Source: Tubiluchus corallicola (lineage: Eukaryota > Animalia > Priapulida). From it: a stretch of DNA of 64,000 nt. Under the pieces are notes generated by a model. The model was not told the DNA's origin. It saw nothing but the letters and a program-made list of their open reading frames with translations, and ran no database searches. Location: the NCBI GenBank assembly GCA_030141605.1, contig JAQGDQ010000427.1, positions 124,001 to 188,000 of the forward strand, in the 5' to 3' direction. The translations under genes were made by a program, and so were the position numbers. This document shows, piece after piece, positions 25,420 through 38,690 of this stretch (positions are counted from its first letter, which is position 1; the number at the start of each line of letters is the position of its first letter).

Positions 25420-25541
25420 TGCCATTTTACCTACTTTTCCATTTGTGCCTTTTTCCTGTGCCATTTTCAGCGTGCCATTTTTTTTCGAGTGCCATTTTTT
25501 GCTGTGCCATTTTTAACTGTACTATTTTTTACCTACATTCC
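25420..25541. repeat. Short GTGCCATTTTT tandem array, probable DNA-transposon end
   Basis: About 7 copies, ending in TTTTACCTACATTCC. Confidence 0.6.
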
Positions 25542-25837
25542 CAATATGCAGTTTAACCGGAATCACAAGTCCAACATATTCTAGATAACTATGCTGAGCA
25601 CCTGCATGATTCTCTATGCACTCTACCTGAGCAAAATTCATCTTTTTCTTGCTGCATTAACCGACTTTCGAGACTTAGATAACGCATGAAATAAGTAAAA
25701 AAACATTTTGCTATACGGCCTACTTGCCCTTTACAAGCCATTAAAATTAAATAAATGTTCCTCCTAGAAAGTCTAGTTTGTTATACCCTGTACATTGTAC
25801 TACGAGAACTATATAATGAGCACTGATGCAGTGCAAA

Positions 25838-26200
25838 CAACTTTTGCGGATGCAAAACGTGTTACTTTTGCGGAGGTAAAATGTGCAACTTTTGCGTCCG
25901 TAAAACGTGCAATTTTTGCGGAGGCAAAAAGTGCAACTTTTGCGGAGGTAAAACGTGCAACTTTTGCGGAGGTAAAACGTGCAGCTTTTGCGGAGGTAAA
26001 ACGTGCAGTTTTTGTGGGCGTAAAACGTGCAACTTTTGCGGAGGGAAAACGTGCAACTTTTGCGGCGGTAAAACGTGCAACTTTTGCGGGCATAAAACGT
26101 GCAGCTTTTGCGTGCGTAAACCGTGCAACTTTTGCGGGCGTAAAACGTGCACCTTTTGAGGGCGTAGAACGTGCAACTTTTGCGAACGCAAAACGTGCAG
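25838..26200. repeat. 24-bp minisatellite (AAAACGTGCAACTTTTGCGGAGGT), about 15 copies
   Basis: Direct reading. The 8-aa periodicity of the overlapping ORFs reflects it. Confidence 0.97.
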
Positions 26201-26276
26201 ACAGAAAAATCGGTGTATGTAAGTGTCGACGCGCGTTCAATGTCCAAAAAACTGTTTGTTTTCACTGATTGTACGT

Positions 26277-26445
26277 CTTTTCGCCAGATATTTTTTCGCC
26301 AGGCCTACTTTTTCGCCAGGCCACTTTTTCGCCGGTCTACTTTTTCGCCAGACCACTTTTTCGCCAGTCTACTTTTCGCCAGTCTACTTTTCGCCAGTCT
26401 TCTTTTTCGCCAGTCTTCTGTTTCGCCAGTCTATCTTTTCGACAG
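26277..26445. repeat. 15-16-bp tandem repeat (TTTTTCGCCAGTCTAC), about 11 copies
   Basis: Direct reading. Confidence 0.93.
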
Positions 26446-27389
26446 TTATATAGTGATTAACAATGAAGACAAAAGTTACCTATATGTTGATATATTATTT
26501 ATCGAAATGATTTCATTTAATCGCTTTGCGAACGGAAGATACAAGTCGTACAGAGGCGTGCCAAACATCATTTTATTCGCAATGAAACGGAGATCTGGTG
26601 CACTGCGCCAAATAGCGAGTCCTGTTTTGTTCAGCCAGAAAACGGCAATAAAATGGATGTCGGTCGAAAATTAACATCCAGAATCCGCTGTTATTTTTGT
26701 TCTGTGATGTTTAGTTTTCGAGATACGTATCTTTTTGGAATTACTCGAATACTAGACAAAGCTACACCATCAGATTTAGCGTGGTCGTAGCTAGGTAAGA
26801 GGGCCATCCTAGTTTGCAATTTGGGGTCGTGACTCTTTGACCTGCCTGAGTTATGACTCAAAAATCGTCAAAATACGTCTATTTTTGAGAAGCAATTCCT
26901 CCTAGAAAGAAAAACATCTATTCAAAACGGAAAAAAGCATGTAAAGCATTATGCCGTGGCTATCAGCAACTGGGTCAGCTTTGTCGAAATTTTAAGTATG
27001 GTACCAACCTGGGCCTAGTAAAATGGCCGCAGGAAAATTTTTCTGCATCTTATTTTACGGTTCATTGCGAATCCAATGATACAAGGTACGTCTCTGTACG
27101 ACTCACGGCTTTCGTTTAGAGAGTGTTTAAAGGAAACCACGTCGATACCTGCTATATGTTAGTATAAGTATGATAACCGAAAAACGGGCGTAGCGTGGTG
27201 GTGCAGCCCACTGTACAATCATGTCTTTTTCAGAGCTGTGTGTAAAGTTAAACAAAGTTGTGATGCAGATGTATTGCAAGGTCACACACGCGTGAAGCTA
27301 CTTATAAACTGCATGATGATCACTTTGTATTTGGATGGATTCTTATTTACATGCTGTTTTTTACACCATGGGAAACTGTAGTGTAGAAA

Positions 27390-27510
27390 GTGTATGTGTG
27401 TGTATGTTTTGTGTGTTTGTGTGTGCGTGTGTGTGCGTGTATGTGTTTGTGTGCGTGCGTGCGCGTGTGTGTGTTTGCGCGTGCGTGCGTGCGTGCGTGC
27501 GTGTGTGCAT
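27390..27510. repeat. (TG)n/(TGCG)n microsatellite
   Basis: Direct reading. Confidence 0.95.
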
Positions 27511-28599
27511 GTCACACAGCAGCTAGAATGTGTCCCTGTCTCGGACGTTTTTCTGCTTTTCCGGTCTAAATTGCCAGGTTGACCGCTGGTACTGAAGAAC
27601 ATTTTAGAATAGATTTGCACAAGTGTCACAGTTAGTGGGTGCTAATTAACTGGCTTAGCAAGTTGGCTGGTCTCGCCTGCCTGTCTTTTTGGAAGCTGTC
27701 TGGTTACTAACAGTTTACCATTTTTTTACTCAAAATCCGAAAATTCGACTACTATATCGCTTCACAAATATCAGAATCGCTCTCTGTGTACTCATTTGCA
27801 CAAAATAGTACATTTCTATTCATAATGCACTTGATTAACTTGTATGCAAAAGTAAAAAATGAGAACCCTTTTTCAACCAACCTGCGCAAAAAACCTGCGC
27901 AAAAACACTTGTAGCAAAGTGTCGGCAGTGACGAAATTCGCCTATTGTTACGTATTTCGTTTTTGCGATTAGCGGCCGGCTATGCTATGGCGGCATCAAA
28001 TGGCGGAAGATTAAACACTTTTGAGCGGCGCACTGTATTAATAATATTCTTAAGTCAATCAATAGTGTCGGCATACGCGCATTTTTGATAAGCCAAAATC
28101 ACTTTTGCGTTTTTAATAAAGAAGAATATCTCAAATAAATGCAATTATAATTTAAAAAACCAAAAACAGTGGTAGCAATACGTTTGTATTATGTGCTTGC
28201 AAATACTTATATATATATATATATATATAAATTCTTTATTTGTCATTAAAAATGGCTCACTCATTACAATAAAATTGAGTAATCCTCAGCGTAATGTTAA
28301 AAACAACACTGTTCAAGACAAATGCGTCCAGTGCAGACTAAAAAAACTAAAGTGTAAAACTAAGGCCTAATTATATACAATAAATGAACATATTTACAAA
28401 CACAATATTAAAATATTTTTACAAAACAATATTACAAAAAAACATTAAATTTTACAAGACATATTTTACACTATATATACATTTAACATGACACAACAGA
28501 AACATGTTTTACATTACATATTTTTTTTTAATTTTACATTTTTAATCGGTTTATGGAGTTAATATTATAATTGAAAACTTGTTCAGTTTTCTTTTAAGT

Positions 28600-29450
28600 A
28601 AAATTTTCTTCCCGAGGAAAGAGGCTAGCAGACTAATGTTAGAAAATTTTCGATTAAATACAATGGCCCTTACACATGGAATTCAATTGCTCCAGCTATT
28701 AAAAATGCCAACTCGCTTTCCATATTTAAAAAAAATATAAATTAAACTTACTTGAAACATATAACTGATGACTCAATCATGATTTGTTGTTTTTCATTTT
28801 CAAAACTTGTATAGTATAATAATACTTTTATTACTTCCCACCCGTATTTATATTTGTATATATTGTAATTTTTTTGTAACTAATTCTAGTGGCATACCAT
28901 AAGCTAGCTTCTTAGGTCTCTAGCGCAGTATTCATGAATTGTATCATATTTTTGTATTAACAAAACCTGATTATCGTGCACATGTAATGTATATGTATAT
29001 GTTTACTGCGAAATAAATCTATTAAAATCAAATAAAAAAATCAGACTGTGTGATGGGCTGTTCACTATGTAAAAAAGTATTAACTCTATGGATAACATGC
29101 TTTTTTAATGATAAAAAATGTGTTGGATGTTTTATCTTAACTTATTATTTAGCGAGAGAAGAATTGCTTTTAAACACTAGACCTTTAATATAAAATTATT
29201 TAACACCTAGATAAAGGACAGAAAGTGAAAGTAAGACGTAACATATTTTTATTATTAGAGAGGGAGAGAGAAATCTCACGTTAACTAATGATTAGTGTAT
29301 GCTCCTTAGCTTATATACCGTATGTGTATATAAGGTATATATATATATATATATACGATGTAATTCGAATTATTATAAATACAATAAATTCATTTGGTTA
29401 GCTGCATAAATAAGTAAAAAATGTCGGTTAGTAGTTAAAAGCTCATTCCT
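28600..29450 (+). repeat. Direct repeat, copy 1 (copy 2 at ~33850-34480)
   Basis: Colinear CAGACTGTGTGATGGGCTG...GATAAAGGACAGAAAGTGAAAG. The (GA)n and (CA)n tracts are expanded only in copy 2. Confidence 0.85.
28635..29041 (+). mobile_element. 5'-truncated CR1/L2-group LINE 3' end
   Basis: NVRKFSIKYNGPYTWNSIAPAIKNANSLSIFKK, AATAAA and A-rich end. TSD CAGACT (28629-28634, 29042-29047). Empty site at ~33877. Confidence 0.88.
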
Positions 29451-30539
29451 TTACAATAAAATGTGCCATTAACTAACATACATATACGATAATATGTTTG
29501 ATTTTACATCACAAAATCACAAATTATTCGCAACATAAATGCTGTAGAATGTCATTAATTTGCGGATTGTCTAAAATGGAAAAGTTATTTCTGGTTAAGA
29601 AATTTAAAACATCTTTATCAAATGAAATAGTGAGGCTTTGAGCCCACATAAGCCCTCCAGTTTTCTTACATATCAATCTTTTGATTTTTAAATAATCACA
29701 TTTATCTTAGTTACCATTATATTTAAATTTAAGAAACTGAAGATTGTAACCGAATGTTGACTGCACAGAATACGTTGCGTTTCTAGCAAAAAGTTCATAA
29801 GCGTATTACTGCTATTAATACATGACATAAATAATTTTACAAATCTAATTTCAAACTGCGTACTCGGACGAAGCAAACACGATAAATGAGATAGCAAAAA
29901 CTTGAGTTTAGCATGGTATCAAAATGTACGTACGCCTGTGTTCCAGGAGGTATCAATGTTATTAATAAGAGTGTTATCAATCGTCCACATTTGCGAACCA
30001 TGAAAGTTGTGACAGTGCAGTTGATACAGTCTTAATACAGCTATTAAGAAACGGGAAGTCACGTATAACACTGTTTGCAAGATAAATAAAATCTCCACGT
30101 TTACATGGAATCTCAGCGTTAGAAGATAAATTACATGTCAGTTATTGATTTTTACTGGCATTGTGCCTATATTGTGCCTTTGCGTAATAAGGAAAATCAA
30201 ATCCTGTTCATCTGGTTCAGTGATTTCCGCAAATCCAGTACGCAGACCACTTCAAAAAATGAGCCATTCTTCATCTTTCTCCAGGAAACTTAAAGCATGT
30301 CGCAAGCTAGACTTGTGCTGAAAATCCAGAAATCCTCAAACGAGCAGTCGGGTCTCTCCACAACAATAATTTTATTTGACCATTGTTGACTATGATTCCA
30401 CTACCTCGTGTATCCAGCAATTTAAGGTTACAATGCCTATTATTTAGCATCACTTCTTGTGAAACTTCTGACTAAACTTACAATTACTAAAGCACAAAAA
30501 GAATTAATTGAGAACAAGAACTGGAAAAATTTCTAATTT

Positions 30540-30820
30540 CTAAGGATCAACACAATTATCACAAATATATCTAGTCATCCCAAATGCATCAGCACACTCT
30601 TCATGGCACAACTTGTAGCAAACGGTGCACTGAATCCAAATTTCACCTCCTTTGTTGTTGGAGAAGAGTTCGAAGATGATTAAACACCATGGTTCTTCCG
30701 ACTTCTCCGCGTTTGGCTTCCTCTTTGTCATTACACTTGCTGTTTTCACATGTTTAACACTTGTCTTTTTTGGGTTTTGCACATAGCTTTGTCTTACAAG
30801 CACTTTAAAATTATTTTCAC
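30540..30820 (-). pseudogene. PHD-like finger, probable C-terminus of a pogo/Tigger-type DDE transposase
   Basis: Basic linker then WCLI..ELFSN..GEIWIQCTVCYKLCHEECA..YICDNC*. Confidence 0.65.
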
Positions 30821-30821
30821 C

Positions 30822-31145
30822 TGACGACAACAGTCCGTAATGGTCTGCCGCTAGGGCGACACTAACTGGGCAAATAGCTTGCGCACGTGACAACAGTCCG
30901 TAATGGTTGCGCTAGGGCGACACTAACTGCGCGAACAGCTTGTGCACGTGACAACAACAGTCCGTAATGGTCTGCCGCTAGGGCGACACTAACTGTGCGA
31001 ACAGCTTGCGTACCTGACAACAACAGTCCGTAATGGTCTGCCGCTAGGGCGACACTAACTGTGCAAACAACTTGCACAGTAGCGTACCCGACAACAATAG
31101 TCCATGCCACTAGAGGACACTAACTGTGCAAGCAGTTGTGCAGTA
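30822..31145. repeat. ~62-bp tandem repeat, about 5 copies (2 more at 58848-58975)
   Basis: GACAACAGTCCGTAATGGTCTGCCGCTAGGGCGACACTAACTG repeated. Confidence 0.93.
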
Positions 31146-32339
31146 GGGTCTCGAACTTTCTGACTTATTGATATGTTGGTACATGGAAAGACTAATTTCT
31201 CCTTCCTACATCCAGTTACTGGACAACAATGACGTCACTGAACTTTGACGACTATTGATTACTGTACCTGCGTCCTGTCCTCCATCTGTTCCGCAATCAG
31301 ACTTCAAAACAGTTTGGCTTCCAGTGTCATACCTTCAACAGATTAATTTAAACATTTTTGTGAAAATTAAGCATGATTAATGATGAAGTTATATTAGCTT
31401 ACAAACAAGTTACATAATTAACAAGCATGAGCATCATACGTGTATAATTAATTACACAGAGCAGTTGGTGTATATCGTAAGTTAGCAATTCGCTGATGGT
31501 TCGCTAAGGGTTACGTCATGGAGGTAAAAGCGCTCCATGATGTTTTCCGCGGGACACAAGAAAGATAATTAATTAACGACGACGTTAACTATGGAGAGAC
31601 GTAAGATGCAGCCATGTTTACTAATTATTGCACTGTACCAAATAATTCATTTCTTATCATGTTGTTATAGTAAATATGAATCTACCAAGACATTTAATCT
31701 CGTGTTCTTGTATCTGACTACTTGACTTCTTTTTCTTTACAGCAAGACAACAATAATCTAATCTGTACAATAAAAACTAATGTCATTCAGATATCACTTC
31801 GTCAATTAGAGACTGTTTTTCCAGTATTTAAATCAAGCACTATAAAAGCAGTGGAATTACATTCAGTTTCGTGAGGAGAGAGAGAGCGCGCAGGGCTATT
31901 TTTCATATCGAATTTAAAGCACGGTAAAAAGCATTAACGGTTTTTCCCCCTGATAAATAATGCCGATAATTAATTAATAGCGTTAAAGAATTAATTAACG
32001 GTCAGGGAGTGCACAGCAAACGGTGACGTCAGAAGATCTGAACGTAATTTTTAACGAGACTTACATTCCATAAGTGGGTTACAGGTGTTTGCGGAAGCGA
32101 AAGTTGAAATGCAATGCTACTACTGTACAATACTTACTGTAATACACAAAACTACGCAAAAATAGTGCTCTAAATGTGTAAAATCCCTACAATATCCTAT
32201 ACAACCCCAACAGATAGCGAGGCTTTCTTAACTTATTATTAAACAAAGAATGCACTTTACTTTTAAAAAAAGAAAGGTATAAATTAAACAGGCTTAACTG
32301 GCATTTTTGTTTCAAATTTCGAAAGAGAAAACCTCCGTT

Positions 32340-32930
32340 AAGCCGCCATGTTTCGCGGCTTTGGCGTGAGCGTCGAGTGAGCGAGAATGACACGTGATCT
32401 GCGCATAAAGCTTTTATGGTCATAATTATGGCGGCTTGCATGGTGCGTGATCACATTAGTCAGAATGTTTCAATTGTTATATATAAGGTCAGTTGTTCTT
32501 CAAATTTAGTTAAAATTCTTGTGTTAAACGAAAAATTTTCACAAGTAAGCTTTTATTTTAGTTCAGGTATAATTTCTAAGTTAAAATTCTTTACCCAAAT
32601 CTACATACTTTAGCATTATGTATTTGATTTAATCGGCACTTTAAAGCAAAAGTCTAACCACTGTTAGTCTAAAAAAACTCGCATTCAAAACGTATACTTT
32701 AGCGAAATTGACAACAGCTTTTTCACTTGGGTTCAACAGTGGTAGATCTACTTTGGACAGCTGGAAAATAACATTAAAAATTAAAAATGATTTGTGGTAT
32801 CTAAAATGTACAAGCTTAAAGTTTCAATTGCAAGCTGTCGCAAACGTTACCACTATCCTAAAATAGTAAAACTATTATTTCCCTCCTGCCTCATACGATG
32901 TGATACTACACTTTCATTTATCTGTGTCTC
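32340..32930 (+). repeat. Dispersed ~600-bp repeat (family C); second copy at ~49893-50500
   Basis: Colinear from GCCGCCATGTTTCG to TACACTTTC.TT.ATCTGTGT. Confidence 0.88.
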
Positions 32931-34094
32931 TGTCTAGTTTCTATAGTACATGCGGTGCCGAGTTAAACTTACTGCATTATCAGAGGGGAATAGCTATTTA
33001 CTGAGCCAGTTATGAATAATTTCTAACGTAGCATAAGATTTACTGAGGCTTTAAACATCAGTTGTGCGTTTTGAAAATAAATTAAAAGTTTCATATGCAT
33101 ATTAGAGAATTGATTATTATAATTATAAATTTATTACCTAACTTGCAATTTCTCGGTACTAAAAGCTTCCACCCCACCTTGCCTATTGTGTGCAACAATT
33201 ATAGCTAAGAGTACTGTGTAATGTGACACTGCCTCAAGGTCAAGCGTTCGCAGACGTGGATGAATATCGAGTCACAGTAGTTTGCAAGAATGAGCCAGAA
33301 TTTCGTTAAGAAGACAGGTGCTTTAAAAAATCTGTGTTAGGAATTACTTCAGTTTAAAATGACATCTGGTTAGTTCTACTAGAAAGATTTTACCAACACA
33401 CTCATCTGCTGACTGAAGCTAGTAATATGTGTAACTTATGCAGTAAAGATTTATATAATATGAATACTTGCACTCCAAATCTCATGCTTTAAAGTTTATT
33501 TTTTTCTGATAATGGAGTCCTGCAGGAAAACAAATAACTCAAGGAAAGTGTCCTATGACTGTAACGTAACTGTAGAATTTCTCCCGATAGTCTCTCTTCT
33601 GCCTCCTTTCAACATACAATGCTTCTGTCTTGTTTCGCTAATTCGCGAAAAATTGCAAGTAATTTGACCGCTGGACGTGCGTCAAAATCACGCGGTTTCT
33701 GCGTGAAATGAATTTTCTTGCTGCTTGGGTTTTAGCAGACCTGGGTAATGTATTACCTTATTCATAAAAGCAGTTATAGCAATAAGTTTGTATTATGTAC
33801 TTGCAAATACTTCTTCAGTTTTCTGGTAAGTCTGGTAATGAAAGTCTTACTTTTCTTCCCGAGAAAGGAAGCTAACAGACTGTGTGATGGGCTGCATACT
33901 ATGTAAAAAAGCATCAACTCTATGGATAACATGCCTTTTCTAGTGATTAAGAATCTGTTGGAGGTTTTACCTCAACTTATTATTTAGTGAGAAAAGAATT
34001 GCTTTTAAACACTAGCCTTTTATATAAAATTATTTATCACCTAGATAAAGGACAGAAAGTGAAAGTAAGACGTAACATATTTCTATTACTATAA

Positions 34095-34096
34095 GG

Positions 34097-34153
<57 letters not shown>

Positions 34154-34243
34154 TGGTGAGGGAGAGGGAGGAAGGGAGGAAGGCAGAGACAGAGAGAGAC
34201 AGAGGGAGAGTGAGAGAGAGAGAGAGAGAGGGAGGGAGAGAGA

Positions 34244-34279
<36 letters not shown>

Positions 34280-34310
34280 ACATTAACTAACGATTATCAT
34301 ATGCTCCTTA

Positions 34311-34387
<77 letters not shown>

Positions 34388-34388
34388 C
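34095..34388. repeat. (GA)n, (CA)n and (TA)n microsatellites
   Basis: Direct reading. Confidence 0.95.
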
Positions 34389-34872
34389 AATTTATTTCAA
34401 ATTATTGTAAACACAATACATTTATTCAGTTAGCTGCGCAAATAAAGAAAGAAACAATATAGTTAAAGAACTCATACCTTGATTTTAACTTATGCAATAA
34501 AGATTTATGTAATATGAATACTTGCACTCCGCATCTCATGCGTTAGATTCTAAATTATATGAGAATATGTTTAATACTTTGTAAATGCTTTTGGAAATTT
34601 TAAACCTATCCCTACAAATAGAGGGAATGTATTTAAATATTAATGATGATGATGATGATGATGATAATCCAAATTTCCGTAATTGCTTGATCTAGAAGCT
34701 AACTAAGAATTCAAACTTAGGCAAGGGACAAAAACATATTATGTTTAAATTTTTTGACATTTAGAATTCGCTTAAGAAATATTAGCAATGGGTGGCTTTA
34801 AAGTCTCCCCAAACTCTCTTAGCGTCCTTCTTAGGCCCATTTTACAGTGAGAACGCACACCAAAATTCTTTC

Positions 34873-35432
34873 AAGCAAAACCGGACCCAATCTTTAACTG
34901 TAGATCAACATAATCAATTCCTTAAAATATTGAAAGAAAACATAAGACAATTTCACGTTCGTGCCACTAGTTCTTCGCTGTTACATGCGTTTCGTCATAT
35001 GCTAGTTAGACGGGCAGTAGCGCCTGTATTCCGGAAACGCATTACACAGAAAAACAGGTGCTGTACCTCTCAGTTCAGGTGTGTTAGTTTCTGGCGAACT
35101 ACACACGTTGGACAACTCATGCGTGAAGACAGCGGTAAAGTTAAAATTCTAAAGTGTATTTCTAAGGTGAATCTCCATCTGCATAATTTTAGTACAACGG
35201 ACTGAATATCTTACAGTAGCACTGTACCCCAATTTTCGCTTTCTCAAACACGTGTAACGAAAGTTGTTTTGATATCATTAGTTTTATAGTTGGGCTCGCT
35301 GGCCGTTAACTAAATTTTTAATCCATTATTTAATTATCAGAAATGCTTTTGCAGTATCAATTGTGTTAAAATGTATACTTTTTATCGGATATGAAAATGG
35401 GGTAGTATGTGAAAAATCATCCTGTCTTCCTT
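34873..35432 (-). mobile_element. Kolobok-like family A copy
   Basis: Reverse complement of 13726-14754 without the hAT insert. Ends CATCCTGTCTTCCT. Confidence 0.75.
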
Positions 35433-35757
35433 TCAGGAAAAATTCGTTGCGGCATTAGTCACAAAAATTGAAAAGATTGCTTTCTATGGCGCATTTCACG
35501 TAGACGAATTTTGCCGCCAGCTAGAAGTTATGCATCCTCCCAATGAGGAAAATTGGAGCATGGTAGAAATACTGTATGTTCAACTTTCGTGAGAAATCCC
35601 CACGGAATTCACACTGAAATTTAGTGCCTTCTAGTTTAATGAGCAAAAATAAACACAATTCAGCATAAAATTATATGTTTTTAATCTCTCTTTTAACATA
35701 TGTACGATTTCTTGTTTTATTACTGCAACAGTGATAGTTACATTCGTTAAAAAATAA

Positions 35758-35791
<34 letters not shown>

Positions 35792-36144
35792 GTGTATATA
35801 ATATGTTATAATGTGTTTTAACATAATATAATATAAATATATTGTGTATTATATGTCTGTACTCGTGAAAAATATCGCATATATATATATATATATATGT
35901 TCTCTTGTGCTTTAAAGTTTAATTTTTTTATAATGGAGTCCTGCAGGAAAACAAAATAACTCACGGAAAGTGTCTTGTGATTGTAACGTAACTGTAGAAT
36001 TTCTCCCGCTTGTCTCTAACCTGCCTCCTCTCAACATAAAATGCTGCTCTCTTGTTTCGCCAATTTCGTGCACCATTAACGGTGATAATTAACGCAAAAA
36101 ATTGCAAGTAATTTGACCGCTGGACGTGCGTCAAAATCATGAGG

Positions 36145-38130
36145 TTTCTGCGTGAAATGAACTTTCTTGCTGCTTGGGTTTTCGCGAAAAAATCGAAAAT
36201 GTTCTGAAAATGTTCTGATTTTCTGACACCAATTCCACATTTCCTTAGCACACCCACTGTGAAATGGGCCTTAGTTTTACCTAAACGTGTTTCAACTAAT
36301 GTGGAGAAAAAGTTAATACCCAATTAAAGTCAATGATTATTACAGGCAGATTATAATGATTATTATTATTGTAAAATCATTTATAGTTAAAAAACAACTT
36401 TATTAAAACTTTTACATTAAAAACTTAAAATGATGCCGAATGTTTTGACAGGCTACTGCTGTCATCTTTCACAATCATACAACCAAGTTTATATAGGCAG
36501 AGCCTACAGTATCGAACATTATGCACTAATTAAGTATTTAGCAGAAGCCAAATAGGTAATGAATAAGCAGACCTGAAGAAGCCATGGGTACTGCACTAAA
36601 TTTAGTGCATGGCGCCCTACAGTATTAAATGATAGTATACAGTATGTATCCAACAACACCGCCAGTTTAATTTGTAATGTATCGCGCTACCGCCATACTG
36701 GCTGTGACGTAGCTGAGCTGCGTGCTGGTAGATGCGCAAACAGCGCTCCATGGTTTTTCCCGCTGATACAAATAAGCTAATTACTAGTTAATTAAGCAAC
36801 GCAGCGCAAAACTTTTTACGCCAAATAACTGTCCGGTAATTCAGTTACAAAATAAATATAACTTGATTTTCGTGATATTTCTCCTTTAAATCACCTCTCA
36901 TATTCATCTGTAAAAGCTTTAGTAAAAAAAATCGATCAAAGTAGGAAAGAGATGTCAGTCAGAGGTTCGAATTCCAGGATAGCATGGCGGCCTTTAAATT
37001 CCGCATTATGATGAGCCATTTTGTATAGTTGTTCTATTAATGTAATTAATTACTTAAGTAATGAATATCTCTTAATTACAAACGTTATCGTAATTAGCAA
37101 ACAATTGTTTGTAAACTAACTGCATTTACCTTTTGTAACAAGTCATCTAGCACTCACCAATGTCACAGAATAGAACACTACAATTACTCTGTAACAAGTT
37201 TTATTTCCAGCACTACCAACAAAAAATGGGGAACAAATACACAAAACAACAAACTTAAATAATTAACATGGCACATATATATACTAGGCCAAGAAGCACC
37301 AGTGTCAGAAATCCAAGGTAGTAGTGACCGCCACACGCTTTTATACTGGCATTCCAGGTCAGCTGGCTTCTTACACCACGTGTAGGCCCAAACAAGACGT
37401 CTTGATGTACAAGGAAGAGGCGAGTCGCTGCTAATGAGTATTAGTACAGTACAGGGCGTACAGAGGGCGCTATACAGACCCGACAACAGGTGTCCCTGTA
37501 AAAATATTATCTTTATCATTTCATATCGTTATAACAATAAGACTTATATAAGTTATAAAAATGATTTATATACGTTTGCCTAGACCGCAAAATTATTTTC
37601 TAGGCTTGCAAATATCTAGTCTTTTATTAAGTTGCAGACCGAATTTTTTTAATGTCAGCTTAAAGTCTTACTGCAGTTTTGAACTTTCATTTATATTATT
37701 AAATCAGACATTATCAATCGATTGAATCACTGGTGTGTGTATTGTAACACTTTACTCTTCTACCAGATGTTCAAATCTTAGGCATATTAAATTAAACATT
37801 ATAAATCAGATGAATCATTTAACACCTTCGCTCTTTGTCTTATACCAAATGCTCAATTTATCAGGTGAATCACCTGTGCCTGCCTTTAAATAAATTAACT
37901 CTTTGTCTTACACCACAGATGTTCAGTTTATCAGGTGAATCACCTGTACCTGTTTAAATAATTTAACTCTTTGTCTTACACCAGCTGATCAATTTATCAT
38001 GTGAATCACGAAACCTGATTAACATCCTTACTTTTGTTTCACACCAAATTTTAACACTTAATGCAAGCTTAGTTGAACGTCAGTAATCAGGGGAATCTCA
38101 GTCATTTTATTATTGACAATGATGCTTTTC
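36145..38130 (+). repeat. Tandem segmental duplication, copy 1
   Basis: Colinear with ~40103-42325, near-identical in the 3' half. Confidence 0.92.
36590..36885 (-). mobile_element. Kolobok-type terminus (also at 40795-41088)
   Basis: Ends ...TTTTCGTGATATTTCTCCT|TTAA and is the reverse-complement homolog of 50597-50810. Confidence 0.7.
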
Positions 38131-38315
38131 TACTTGACATAGAGAACGATCCTCATCAATTTAAAAACTTTATTAGCTTTTTTTAGAAACACACTTATAC
38201 ATCATGTATGTATTCCCTAATCATTGTAAGCTAAAACATAATATACATTTTCTCTGGTTTTTATATATATTTTGATCCAGGTATAAAATAAGCCCTGTGT
38301 GAGTACAGTATCTAT

Positions 38316-38382
<67 letters not shown>

Positions 38383-38690
38383 CATCTTTCTCTCTCTCTC
38401 ACTCTCAGTGAGTTAAGAAAACGCAGTCATTAAATAAGCGTAAAATATTAAATTAGGTTTGTGCTTGAGCAAACAAAAAACAGAAGGTGTGCGTCATTTA
38501 TCTGAAGCATGAAACTGAACTAATTATAGTTTAAATATGTATGGAATACCAAATGAAGTTAAAACAAAGAGAGGCAGGCAGCGTCAGTCACGTATTAATT
38601 ATTAGTTAGTTTGGTATGCAGCAACAGTGTATTAATTTTCATGAAATTCCGTTATTTTCGTTATATAATATCGTAACAAAATATCGCTTT
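38070..38690 (+). repeat. Repeat family D with internal (CT)n; other copies at ~42275-42980, 54810-55350 and 55660-55960
   Basis: GTGTGAGTACA.TATCTATT-(CT)n-CACTCTCAGTGA.TTAAGAAAACGCA shared between copies. Confidence 0.8.

Noticed and set aside
25747-26268. Repetitive Cys/Lys-rich or TFAEVKRA proteins
   Set aside because: The 24-bp stop-free unit opens ORFs in nearly all frames on both strands. There is no evidence of coding.
30822-31145. CRISPR-like repeat-spacer array
   Set aside because: The apparent spacers are variants of one another, so it is a plain tandem repeat.
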